In this document: positions 12,331-25,797 of the stretch, piece after piece
How the letters are laid out: each line of letters begins with the position of its first letter
Numbering within the stretch: the first letter of the stretch is position 1
NCBI GenBank assembly: GCA_964016885.1
Contig: OZ024742.1
Coordinates: forward strand, 259,408,001-259,472,000
DNA length: 64,000 nt
Source of the DNA: Eledone cirrhosa
Taxonomy: Eukaryota
Direction of reading: 5' to 3'
Notes under the pieces: generated by a model
Databases searched by the model: none
Told to the model about the DNA's origin: nothing
Seen by the model: the letters and a program-made list of their open reading frames with translations, nothing else
Position numbers and translations under genes: made by a program

Positions 12331-13514
12331 AAGGCCATGGCTATTATATCGTTCTCCAGATCTGGCAAGTAAAGCGAAAATAGTCTTTATCAAATGTAGG
12401 CACCAGACTACCAATTTATAACTAATTGTGAGATCAATACTTTTTCTCATATGCTTGGGTTGAGTAAACGACGAATTCGTTCCAGCTTTGAACCAAAATA
12501 TTTTCTTAGATTTGCATCGCTTGGAAATTATATGTAGCTGTATATTATATCAGTATGACACTTATTCAAGCGTGATTTCAAACTTTAAGATGTTTAAAAT
12601 ATTTATATATTCATTTATTTAATCAATTTTTACGCCCGCTTAAAGCTGATATGGCATAACCCCTTATGATTAAGGAAATCAAAGCAAGATAGGGAGAGCG
12701 AAAGGAAAAAGAAAAATGGAAGAGAAAAATGAGGCAACAAAAGCAAAAATAGAACAACTGAAAGACAAGGACAGCTATAAAACAGTTAAATACTTTTGTT
12801 GCTGAATCCTTTCGTAGCACCCATGTATTGGAAGATCTTGTTTATGGATGGGAGACTCTTGTAAATACATTTCATTTCCATTTTTTGTTTTAAATTTCCA
12901 CCCATAATATCATTTGTGATACTGAATTCATAAAATCTTACACCAATATCCCAAACCTGTAAATCTTACAGTTCGTATATAATGACACACTGGGTGTATC
13001 AGGAAATAACTACAAGTTCGAAAACCATGTGTATGAATAGTGAATGTTAGCAGCAGAATTTAATTACAAATATATAGAAATTCAAGTATTAATAGTACAT
13101 TTTTACTTCTACGTTTCAGCGCAGTTTGCGACATTTCATGTTTTGAAAAGCCGGCAACTTCAAGAAAACATCGAAGTAAACAGTCACTATTAATAACAAT
13201 TATTATTTTTATTCTATACACAGTGTGAGTTCTTCATTCAATGCACGTTTAGTGTTTATGTTACACAAATCTATAAAACAAGCAGTTAGAAATGAAAGTA
13301 TAAATTTGTCAGCTGAAAAATCTTCTGACAAAACTTATGGTAGACTAGGAGACATTCCAAAGAAGCCTTTCTAGCTACTTTTCAGTTCATTATAGGAAAA
13401 GTAGAGAAACGTTTTATACCTTAGAGCCACAAAAGACTCGGAATGAAGGAAAGGAGGAGAAAGAGAATAGATTCACAGAGATAGGCCATATTGTCATAGT
13501 GAATTGCAATTCTC

Positions 13515-13855
13515 ATTGCCTATATCTATTCATTGCTTAACGTATATCCTTACTGTAGAACCATTAGTCTATATTTCCCCGGGGAATCTAATATCGTTAT
13601 CTCCATGCAGCAGTTTCTACAGACAAACCAATGTCGACTTATAATGGCCGACATTAGAATGAGAGCGGAGAATGAGCGGCCATATATGATTCTCTCTATG
13701 TGTTGCTCATTTAGGCCTGACGGCTCACTTTCCAAAATGGCTCACTTCGTTCAATGTTTAATTAATTGAGGAAATCTCCAACGAAATTAAGCCTAATTAT
13801 TTTCTCTGTATCGTGTTCTGTACATGTGTATATATACACAAACATACGCACAAAC
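13515..13855 (+). repeat. ~330-bp repeat, inverted partner of 15222-15527
   Basis: Near-identical reverse complement (the ORF track gives near-identical peptides on opposite strands), apart from one ~30-bp indel. Confidence 0.9.
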
Positions 13856-13879
13856 ACGCACACGCACACGCACACACAC

Positions 13880-13918
<39 letters not shown>

Positions 13919-14077
13919 AACATGTGTATATATATATATATATATATGGGGGGGGGTCTGTTTCTGTGTGTCTATGTAGATATATATATATGTAAACACT
14001 CATTGTACGTACGTATTTACATTGCATGTATGTATATATATATGAATGCACATGTGCAGGGGATTTTGTGTGTCTGG

Positions 14078-14168
<91 letters not shown>

Positions 14169-15064
14169 CGTGTGTGTGTGTGTGTAAACATACATACATT
14201 CATACATATTTATATACAATTGCAATAGACCGCTGGCAGAAATGGTGATAATTATGTTAACGAATGAGGTTCTGGATATGTTGTACACAATCAGCTCAAT
14301 TAATTGATATTTCTCCCTTTAGTTAGAGAATGTAATAAAAATCATCCAGCAACTGAGAACTACTCTGAAACAAAAGGTGGCTAATTTCAAGAAATTAAGA
14401 ATTAATTTACCTAGACTGACGCAGTGGACGTCCAAACCATTACTTTTGCCATTTTGTCTGCGGTGTGCAAATGAGGTATACAGCTCGGTCCAGGGTGTAG
14501 AGTTTGCACTTCCCTTCCACTTTCCGATATTTTCATTATTTCATCGTTTTTTTTGGGGGGGGGGGGGCTCCCCAACGTTTCTAATTTTTTCACTTTCCCA
14601 TTATTATTTTCATTTTTTTTTTTTTTCGTTTTTTAAATACATTCATCATTGTATAATTCTGCTCAGCAATACATTCATTAAGAAAGCATCTATCAAGGTT
14701 AATCTACATTGCATACGGTGTGGAGAGTGTAGTATTTGCTGGCAGACAAAAAGGAAAAATGACATTCAATTTTTAGCACACAAAAATGTGAACTTAGTTG
14801 CACTCCTTCAAGATTATCTCTCATAAGAGTTTTCTGGGTTGTATAAATGATAGAGGACAAGTCTTATCATGTTACATCGCAAACTTATGTAGGTTTACGT
14901 TTCCTCCTTCGCGGTTGTACCTCGTGGAACATATTTCTTATAGATAGAGGCCTTCATGAAAAGTTATATGAAATGCAGCGTCTTGCGCAACAACACATGA
15001 TTTGCCGTCCTGGAATGAGACCTACGACATTGTAATGTCGTAAGTCTAATTAATAGACACACAC

Positions 15065-15129
<65 letters not shown>

Positions 15130-15143
15130 CGTGTGCGTGCGTG

Positions 15144-15221
<78 letters not shown>

Positions 15222-15225
<4 letters not shown>

Positions 15226-15527
15226 CGTATGTTTGTGTATATATAGACATATACAGAACACGATACAGAGAAAATAATTAGGCTTAATTTCGTTGGAGAT
15301 TTCCTCAATTAATTAAACATTGAACTAAGTGAGCCATCAACACATAGAGAGAATCATATGTGGCCGGTCATTCTCCCCTCTCATTCTAATGTCGGCCATC
15401 ATAAGTCGACATTGGTTTGTCTGTAGAAACTGCTGCGGGCAGATAACGATATTAGAATCCCCGGGGAAATATAGACTAATGGTTCCACAGTAAGGATATA
15501 CGTTAAGCAATGAATAGATATAGGCAA
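15222..15527 (-). repeat. Inverted partner of 13515-13855
   Basis: Reverse-complement identity with 13515-13855. Confidence 0.9.
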
Positions 15528-15660
15528 TATATATATAAGAAACAGGGTCTGTGTAGTTGCTGGATAAGGTGCATCTATAGATAAGAGGAAAGCATTTACC
15601 TTCATCAGTTGTCTGCTGGAGTTCATGGATATTTCTAAGCAATATATATATATATATATA

Positions 15661-15795
15661 TATAGTTATAATAATAAATGTGAAGACAAAAATGCAAAGA
15701 GGGCTCGATAAGGATAAATATATACCAAATATATAGGAACCAGAGAGCAAATATTTATTAAAATAACAGATTAAAGTTTAAGCAAAGAATCGGTG

Positions 15796-15798
<3 letters not shown>
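15661..15798 (-). mobile_element. Fragment of the 40279-40640 repeat family
   Basis: Shares ATTTATCCTTATCGAGCCCTCTTT and GATTCTTTGCTTAAACTTTAATCTG with 32928-33056, 37765-37822 and 40279-40640. Flanked by (TA)n. Confidence 0.8.
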
Positions 15799-15863
<65 letters not shown>

Positions 15864-15865
15864 AG

Positions 15866-16057
15866 GCTGCTGGCGATATTTCAGTTCCTAAATGGTATTT
15901 TACCCACTATTATAAATCTATTTCTTTTTATAGCGATATATCTATATATATAAGCGTAAGAAATATTGGAATATAAAAGCAGAATTTGCTATAAAAAGAA
16001 ATAGATTTATAATACTGGGTAAAATACCATTTAGGAACTGAAATATGGCCAGCAGTC
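15866..16057. repeat. Fold-back inverted repeat (~68-bp arms)
   Basis: 15866-15933 is the reverse complement of 15988-16057. Confidence 0.9.
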
Positions 16058-16339
16058 ATTACGTTTGTGTTGGGTTTCTTTCTCCATTAGAAGGTATAGG
16101 TAACACTCTTTGTAGCTACAGCTCGAAGTAAACTAATCACTATTTATTGAGGCACTAGGATGATTTAAATTTTGAAATGCTGGAATCCAAATGCAAAATC
16201 GCTATACAAGGTACAAGAAAGAGAAAAGCTTACATGAACATATCTTGCCTGAAAAGGTGGCCAGCAACCACTTCGGGGATTATAACTTGAATTCCGCATG
16301 GACTTGCGTGTTTGTGTATGTGAATAAATGAATGGTGAA

Positions 16340-18100
16340 TTCTTCGCTTTCAAAGATCAGTGGGAAGAATCCTCATCCAGTTTTGTGCAGCGGCCCGGCC
16401 TGGGGTGGCTGTAGAGGCCAATTCGGGACCTGCAGACTCTGGTACAGTTAGAGTACGTTGATGATTGTGTGGCGGACAGCTTTCTTCTTTGATATTTGTC
16501 TTCAGCTGCCGCCTTCCTGCCCTCCTCAAAGCTGGCAGTAGTTGTTTCAATGGTCGCTCTCCATTTATACTTGTCTTCTGCAAGGTGTTTCCATTCCATA
16601 TAATCAATATTGCCTTCGACCAGCTGGCGCATGAGTTGGTCCTTGAAGCGTTTTCAAGGGGGCCCCTTGGTTTCGCTTGCCTTGGCGTAATTGGCCATAG
16701 AAAACTACCTTTGAAATATTTGAGTCTTTCATGCGTGAGGCATGACCTGCTCAGCGGAGCTGTCTCAGCCCAGCATGCTCTCAATGCTTATGATATCGAC
16801 CCTCCTGAGAACTTCCTCGTTTGTTACATAGTCCTGTGAACGGAAGCTTTTGGTGGAGCGAACATATCGCTGATTGAATCTTTCCAGAATATGACATCAG
16901 TTTTCTTGTGGCTGATGATCCGGCCAACTGCCTTGGCTCCCCGAGCAAAGCTGCTGACGGCTACTTGGAGATATTCCTCTGTGTGTACCAGGAGAGCACA
17001 GTCGTCTAAGAATAGCAGGATCAACTTCCTCCAGTGTTTTGTTGCAGATGAGCGGTTGTCGCAAGTTGAACGCATTGCAATCAGTACGGAACCAGATGTA
17101 AATGTCCTCCAACAGATCCTATTTGCTTCGGGGAACATCATACTGAAGAAGATTGCAAATAGTGCTGGGGCAAGGCCTTGTTTCTCACCAGTCTTGATGG
17201 GGAAATCATCAGAGAGACCACCATTGTGCTTCACATGTCCCTGCCGTTCTGTGTGAACATGCTGGAGCGAGTCAAGAACTTTGGCGGATATCAAAGTCTG
17301 ATGAGGATCTTCCACAGTTAATCCTACTGACGACTTTATCAAAGACCTTCGTCAGGTTAATGAAGGCAGCGTACAGGAACATATGTTGTTCTCCACAATT
17401 TTCTTCAATCTGGTGGATTACAAAAATCATGTCTGTGGCACCACGGTTTGCATGGAATCCACATTGGCTTTATGGGAGGACATCGTCTGTAACGGTGAGT
17501 CTACTGAGTAGGATTTTTGCCTGCGATAGAGAGTAACGTGATGCCACGGTACTTTGGTTAGTCTGATGTTTGGCCTTTGTTCTTGTACAGGGAGAATATC
17601 ACGGCATTCCGGATGTCTCTTGATCCCTCTCCCTTCGATAAGGACTGTACAAACAGGTACGTGAGTTTCTCAATGAGTGCACCACCACCATACTTGTACG
17701 ACTCATCGGGAATAGCGTCAACACCAGAAGCCCTGTGTCTTTGCATGTGGGTGACTGGCATCTTTACCTCCTCTAGGGAGGGTGGTGAATCCATCCCTAT
17801 TTTGACTTGCTGCCGTGAGATGTTGTTGATTGAAGCGCCTGCTACCGAGCGTTTGTCTCCAAACAGGTTGCCACAGTGTTCGGTCAACCGATTCAGGGTG
17901 GCCAATTTGTAGATGAGCTTCACCTGTAGGGTGCTGCAGGTTTCCAGCGCTTTTCGGTGTTAAGACGTTTCACGTCAATGAGCTTTTGGATCTCATCATC
18001 ATTCTCGTCGAACCATTCTTTGTTCTTCCTTGTGAAGAAACCCACAACTTCTGCTGTTGTGTCCTGTTACGTCCATTACAGGTCTTGCCAAAATGTCTCT
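16340..18100 (-). pseudogene. Degraded RTE (BovB-like) LINE reverse transcriptase
   Basis: PPSLEEV..ASGVDAIPDE.YKYGG, LYKNKG.TSD, FPIKTGEKQG.LAPALFAIFFS, LFLDDCAL, and a C-terminal CRSRIGLYSH zinc-knuckle. Many frameshifts. Confidence 0.92.
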
Positions 18101-18117
18101 GGTTTGGGTTTGTAGAT

Positions 18118-18384
18118 TATATTAGAAAAAATGAGGCAGTTTCGATTACATGTATAATATTTTTATTGTGTATCGAGCTGTTACGTGCGTATCGCAGAGG
18201 ATTGGCTCCAGGTCACCAACAAAGATTATATTTTTTTGTCACATCACCAATCTAATGAGAAGATCGATAATGGAGGGGTTCAGTAACTCCTATGGGTGAC
18301 TTTGAGGGGAACGCGCGTAACAGATCGATACACAATAAAAATGTTATACATGTAAACGAAATTTCCTCGTTTTTTCTTATATAT
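18118..18384. repeat. Imperfect inverted repeat (~70-bp arms, ~120-bp spacer)
   Basis: 18118-18189 is approximately the reverse complement of 18312-18384. Confidence 0.8.
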
Positions 18385-18478
18385 ACACTCTGCCTGTGAA
18401 TAGAGTACTTGTTTTGGTACCACTACCACTTCATTGAATCACCTACACTTTTCCAGAAATACATACATGATATATATA

Positions 18479-18560
<82 letters not shown>

Positions 18561-18969
18561 TGTGTGTGGGTTTGTGTATCTGATAATATCTATATACATA
18601 CATACATATATACATCGATATACAGGTAGACACATATATGTATGTGTATATTTATATACACATACATACATATAGAGTCAGACACATATGTTTGTATATA
18701 TATATATATATATATATATAGGTATATATATATATATGTATATACATATTTGCACATATACACATACATATTTGTGTGGGTGTATGTACTTGTGTATGTG
18801 TATGCATGTGTATGTAATACTCCTGGTATTTAAGGTTATCGTTGCAAATCAGCTGTTTCCTGTGTATGATTTAATGAAGCAAGTTTTGGCATCTTGGCTT
18901 GTTCAACCTTGAAAAACCATTTGTCTCATATCAGTTTTATATATAACTTATATAACACATGATTGTCTA

Positions 18970-19075
18970 CGGTGACTTAGTGGTTAGGCTGTCTGGCGTT
19001 CGATCGAAATGTCGCTAGTTTGATTTACACTTTATTATCCGTTGCACCGGTATATTCAGCTGAAAATACTTGGTT
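18970..19075 (+). mobile_element. Degenerate tRNA-derived SINE, family B head
   Basis: CTTAGTGGTTAGG..CGATCG..AGTTTGATT, related to 51745-51860 and 53430-53552(-). Confidence 0.5.
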
Positions 19076-19183
19076 GACACCACACTGGTGTTAAGCGCTG
19101 TCCGTGATGTTTGTGATGGTGTTGATGATGATGCTAATTTACTTAATTTACAGGACATTAGCACGATACGTGTATGTAATATA

Positions 19184-19506
19184 CAGTTGTCCCTCGGTAT
19201 TCGCTGGTGTTACGTTCCTAGAGCACACGCGAATATTGGACGTGGTCCGTAAAAAGGCCCATAAACGTCAAAACATAACGTAAAAATATAGGTCGGCAAA
19301 TACGGTATATTTTTATTAATAATTTAGCATTAAAAAGCGTGAAAAATATATATTGACATGAAAAAGCCATAAAATTTCACCGAATATATTTACGATTCCG
19401 CGAATATGCGGTGGTTTCCACGAACAATTATTAGTTAGGTTCTAAGGAAATTTCCGCGGATAACCTGTACCGCGAATGTAGGGACGTGAATGCCGGGGCT
19501 ACACTG
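19184..19506. mobile_element. Tc1/mariner-pogo-type MITE
   Basis: Imperfect TIRs CAGTTGTCCCTCGGTATTCGC / GTGAATGCCGGGGCTACACTG, flanked by TA on both sides. Confidence 0.72.
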
Positions 19507-19704
19507 TATATACATGTGTGTGTGTGCGTGAGTGTGTGTGTACGTGTGTGTGTGCGCGATTGTGTGTGGCAGTTTGTGAATGTGTTTTTCAAGGATCTTT
19601 TTATTTAAAACACTCAAATATATCAACTGAAGAGTACTCAATGTCTATAAGTAGAATGTAAACTTTACTTTGCGTGTATAAAAGTAATAGTACCTTTAAC
19701 ATTT

Positions 19705-19788
<84 letters not shown>

Positions 19789-19790
<2 letters not shown>

Positions 19791-19902
19791 GGAACGAGTA
19801 GGACCTATACTACTCGTTCCTATCACCCACTCTACTACCCTAAGTATTGAGTACTTTGGTGCGTTATGGTCCATCTGGTTCCTTACCACATTTCCTTTGT
19901 TA
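19789..19902 (+). mobile_element. Severely 5'-truncated copy of the 121-3975 element (3' tip plus mini-inversion)
   Basis: Matches 3885-3975. TAGGAACGAGTAG/CTACTCGTTCCTA hairpin. Lies within (TA)n. Confidence 0.88.
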
Positions 19903-21183
19903 TATATATATATATAACGAATATATCCCCACTATATATATATATATAACGAATATATCCCCACTATATATATATATATAGTGGGGATAGGAGAGGTAGG
20001 TATTAGAATAGTAATCAGTATCTTGTGGTTTTTATTCTTGTGGTAATTATTTTTAATGATGTACTTTTGATCTTACCGCAAAGTTTGGTTGTTAATTGTA
20101 CAGGTGATAATATCGTTCGTTTATTGTGTGGTGTGTGTGTGTTTTTCGTTAGTATATATATTTGTTGCTAGTGGTGAAAGGAGTAGTGCTGGTGCCGGGG
20201 GTTGATGGGGGGGGGGGGGGCTAATAGTGCTGGTTGTGATAATGTTTGGACTGGTAATGTTGAGTATAGTCATAACTGTTGGGGGTGGTGATGGTGATGG
20301 CGGTGTTGGGGGATGATGATTATATTTCTTTCAATGACTATGATGCTGATGATTATCAGTATGATGCTGTTAATGATGATAACGTTGATGATGATGACGA
20401 TGATGATGATGACCGTGATAAGGGATGTTATTCATGTGTTTATGTTGTATGGGTAATCTTGCATGTGTTTCTGGTTTTAATGTAGACAACGATTGTAACT
20501 AAGATTGTTATGAGGTGGAGGAGCAGGAAATGGCGGGTGGACGTGTTAATTATATATTCCAACACACGTGCGTGAATATGTGTGTGTGTGTGTGTGTAGG
20601 TGTGCCGTTTAGTTCTGTGTGTGTCTGTGTGTGTTTATGGAATCTTTTGCTTTCAGTTTTGAATAATGATGATAGCGACAACGGAGTGCTGTTAATTGTG
20701 TGTGTATATATGTGTGTATACATATATATATATATTCGTCTGTGTGTGTGTATCTGTGTGTGTGCGTGTAGGTGTGTGTGTGTGCGTGTGTGTGTGTGCG
20801 TGTGTGTGTGTGTTTATTGATGCATACTTTCCTATACTTTACAATTCACTGTTTTATCAGGTATGTTTTGTTGTTCTAGATATGGTGAACGGAGTTTAGT
20901 GGCGTAGTGGTTTCGGTGATCCGTTCCCGAACATGAGGACGTATTTCACATCACTACAGTCCACTCAACTATAAAAAGGAGTTGTACAAGTGGTTCAAAG
21001 GTCCAGCCTTGTCATATACTGTGTCATGCTGAATCACAATGGATGTTATGTTACGTGTGTTTGTGAAATGCTTAGACACTCGCACATTAATTTCAAAAGA
21101 AGGCTGTTCCATACTACGAACAATTGGAACACTCTTCGTTGAAACCGACTGAGATCTAACAAACAAAGATATGTGTAGAAAAC

Positions 21184-21215
<32 letters not shown>

Positions 21216-21216
21216 C

Positions 21217-21266
<50 letters not shown>

Positions 21267-21267
21267 C
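21184..21267. repeat. (AGT)n microsatellite
   Basis: Directly visible. Confidence 0.95.
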
Positions 21268-21601
21268 TTATTGTCCTATCTGTTGTAATTATTTCGAAGT
21301 GAAGAAACTTAACGATGCTGTAATTGATGTTTTTATGATGATTAGAAGACATTGAGTATTGGGAGAGAATGGAATTGTGTCGGTTTCGGCGATGGATCTT
21401 CAAGTTGTTTGATCAATGGAAAATTCTGCATGACACTGTGTGTGACAAGACTGACTTTTTGAACTGTTGTTACAGTCCATTCAACGGGCTTCCATATAGA
21501 TTCTATCTACCCAAATTTACTAACAGTACCTGCGTCGATTCGATTCTATCTGTTATTGAAGCCAAAACATTTGACATCTTCTTATTATTTAGTATTTAAG
21601 A

Positions 21602-21822
21602 GGACGGTGGATTGGCAGTGTCGGTAGCGGGCCGGACGCCGTGCTTTGCAGCGTAGAGTTACGGTCCTTTATGATCTGAGTTCAAATCCCGCCGAGGTTA
21701 ACTTTGCCTTCCATCTTTACGGGGTCGATAAAATAAAGTACCAGTCGCGCACTTGGGTCGATTTAATCGACTTTCCCCTCCGCCAAAATTGCTGGCCTTG
21801 TGCCTATATAAGAAACAATTAT
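21602..21822 (+). mobile_element. tRNA-derived SINE, family A
   Basis: Full head, B-box, central domain and tail. Confidence 0.88.
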
Positions 21823-22235
21823 TTAGTATTTAAAACAACAAAACGTCCAAAATGGAATTTCCTTAACTCTTTTGATGGCAACCTTTCTTAAACCACCCCT
21901 GTTTCTATGATACAACGCTCCACCACCGTTGTTTATATTTAACTAAATATATTTGTTTATAATTTTATGAAAGAACCTTTAGTTATATCCAAAACACTAA
22001 CTTAATTTGAAAGATACTTAGATTTTTTTCAATTCTTTTCTATTTTCAACATTAATTAATTTTTTTTTTATTAGCCTTAAACAAAAATGTTATCGAACAA
22101 ACCGCAATTTGATTTAAATTGTTAACTCAGAGGAGAGGAAGTTAACCAAACAAGGGACATTCATTGACCTCTTCCTGTATGTCCCGATAGCTGTCCTAGA
22201 TCTCCAAACTTCAATTTACCTCAGTAAAATTGAAA

Positions 22236-22326
22236 GGAGTATAAAGCACCCGATGAAGGGGAGTATGTAAATGGACTGGGTGACGCAGCGGGTGACGCGG
22301 GGCATATCCCCAGAAACGATAACTCC
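22236..22326 (+). ncRNA. Degenerate hammerhead-like motif
   Basis: GGAGT..CCGATGA-aGGGGA.TATG..CATATCCCC-aGAAAC GATA-ACTCC. The core carries mismatches. Confidence 0.45.
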
Positions 22327-22641
22327 ATTTTGTACGTGGGATTCAGCAAAAATATAACACCTACACTAGAGTGGAGAGTCTACCACTCCTTCAACAATTT
22401 CCTTTACTTTTGCTATCTTAGATTTTGACTTTCTTTTTTTTTTTGTGTTTTGTTTTGTTTTATTGCAAACATTAAATACCACAATTGATGTTTATTTTTT
22501 TTTATGTTTAGATCTTTCTTTGCAATCTCCTGTTAATGCTTTTGTGGTTTTGAAAAAAACGAATATTTTAACTACTAGTGAATGGCTTATTTCGATAACA
22601 ATCACATATATTCTACAGACAACTTATATTTCCTCACATTT

Positions 22642-22737
<96 letters not shown>

Positions 22738-22995
22738 CATGAATGGAGAGATATAGTTATAGACGTAGGAGTGCATACATATATGCCTTTACAACAGATT
22801 TTCGCACAATGTGCCTATCTATAACCAACTATTTTAACTGCTTATAATTACCATGATAATCTCTGGAGATTGAAATAAATAGTTCTTTTGCAGAGAAATA
22901 AACGTAAAAACAATATTGAATAAATATCTCACCTTTGAGGCGTTGGGTTCTTTTCCTACATATCCATGAATTTACTATACACCACGCACACAGAC

Positions 22996-23547
<552 letters not shown>

Positions 23548-24021
23548 CTATGTATGGCGTTCAAGTTCGTGTGCATATTTATGTGTGAGTATGTGTTCTG
23601 ATATGATATCTCTTGAAATTTAAAATATTCTAATATATATTTCTATTATATATCTCCAATGAAGTCAAGCTATTCCCTAATCAAATTGGAGGTGCTCGTT
23701 CCATTATCTGCAATACTTTAATCACTTTTGGATCTCAAAAGCCATTAGAATTTTGTATTTTCATTGGTTTTCATAATTAACTCGAGCTGCTTTATCGGCT
23801 CTCCTGTGAATGAAGCTTATGTAGGAAAGATTAAGAAAAGTGTGTTGAAAAGTGGAACTCTCTCTGTCTATTCTATGCCACTAAAATGATTATACACGAC
23901 ATTGTAAATAGGTGCAGAGTGTATGTGTGTGTGTGTGTGTGTATGTTAGTTGTAACTACAATTACAGTCGATGTTCCGTTCGAAGCACTCAATGTCTATA
24001 CGAGTTCCGTCTCGATTAGGT

Positions 24022-24064
<43 letters not shown>

Positions 24065-24894
24065 CGTGTTTGTAAAGGAGAGGTATTAATTTCAGTTGAA
24101 CCATTCTTTTTATCTCTACTCACCGGTGTTCGTGTATGTGGAATGTTCAGCAAGCTGCATGTTAATTTCCCGAGCAGGCTCTTCCATTACAAGAAAAATT
24201 GAAACAGTCATTGTCGGAAACGGTCTCAACTGATTCTGTATTTGTCCCTTTTAACGAGGAAAACACAAGAGATGTAGCTGGTCTGGCGAGATATTAAAAG
24301 TTATGTATGCAAAGGGTTCAGTCTCAATCTTTCTATTTAAAAGAAAAAGCTTTCTTTGCCAATATGCTTTTCTTCTGATGTTGACTGTTAGAATAGGAAA
24401 ACATTGAAATTGGTAAAATTCGCCCTCTGCAATCCTCTATATGTTGGCTAAGGGAATCTTTCTTGTGCATAGATCCCTAATTTGCTGACAGAAACTGCCA
24501 TTCTTTGTCGGGTGGTTAATCCTCTTTGGCCTATGTAGTCTTCATAGAATCACTTATATGTTGTAATATATATTACATTTTCTGAATTGCACGAGGAGAC
24601 ATTCTAAGTTTGAAAATGGGCCTTCTTTGAAGCGGAATTTGTGGTGTTCCCACAGATAGTTGCACACCCGGCAGTTTGATCAGATGCATCCTTTCACTTC
24701 AGGCTCTTTACTTCCGGTTTGCAGATTTGTATTTTATTAGTATCTTTTTATTGGTTTTACGCTGTCATTTACCTTTAATAATTTAGACTTTACATACTAC
24801 ACACACATGCAACTAAACTTACCTAGCCTACTAAAGGACAAAAAAACTCTTATAATTTTTTTATTTGTATATTATACATGTAGCATTTATATAT

Positions 24895-25797
24895 AACAGG
24901 CAGTGGTACCCGGCGTTGCACGCGATAAGGTATTTTGGAACGCGGGCCACCAATAGACCTAAAAACTGCATGCCTGGACAATATGTAAAGAAAATAAACC
25001 GAATACTCTGATGGCTAGATAATCTTTAAGATTTTCCTCGATGAAACAGGAAAAATGCAGGTTTTCACCTAATGCAGGCCCTAGGGGATCAAGAAAATGA
25101 ATTTTTTTTAATGTGCATAATATGCCTTGAAATTTCGGGAAAATCGGCTAGACGTAACGCCTCCAAAAAGCCCTAAGAAGCTGAACAAATGAAGTTTTTC
25201 ACCTAATGCGGGCCCATAAGAAAGTTGGATTTTCTTTGCTTGCGGTATGAAGAAGAGACTGACTAATACATAGTTACAATTTCAAGGAAATTGGTCTGAC
25301 GTAACGCCTCAAAAAACCCCTAAAAATGTTAAACAACACAGTTTTTCACCTAATGCGGGCCCTAGGAGATAAAAAAAAGTTGAATCCTTTATGTGCATAA
25401 CACTCCCTGAAACATAAGTAATACACATGTAAAGTTTGAAAAATATCCGTTGGGTACTTCTCGAGTTTTAGGGATTCAAACTCACACACAGACATCCTCA
25501 AGGAAGTGACGTAATGCAGACAAACAGACATACAGACAGATATTATAAGGGTGCGACGTTATAAGTATGTAGCTATCTAAAAAGAGAAAGACTAAGAATT
25601 ATAGAGCGAGATCGCTAAATCGCCTAATGTGGTCCCTGGGGCATAGAAAGTTTGAAATTGTTTTTGCTCACAACACTCCTTGAAACATAAGTATTATATG
25701 TGTAAAGTTTGAAAACAGTCGCTTGGGTGGTTCTCTACTTTTAGGGATTCGAACTCACACACACACAGACAGACATCCTCAGTTTTATATATATAGA
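24895..25797 (-). mobile_element. Non-autonomous Helitron-like element
   Basis: Homologous to 46705-47655 in opposite orientation. 5' TC at 25797-25796, GC-rich subterminal motif at the 3' end, and internal sub-repeats. Confidence 0.7.

Noticed and set aside
20279-20485. Asp-rich ORF
   Set aside because: Degenerate (GAT)n repeat.
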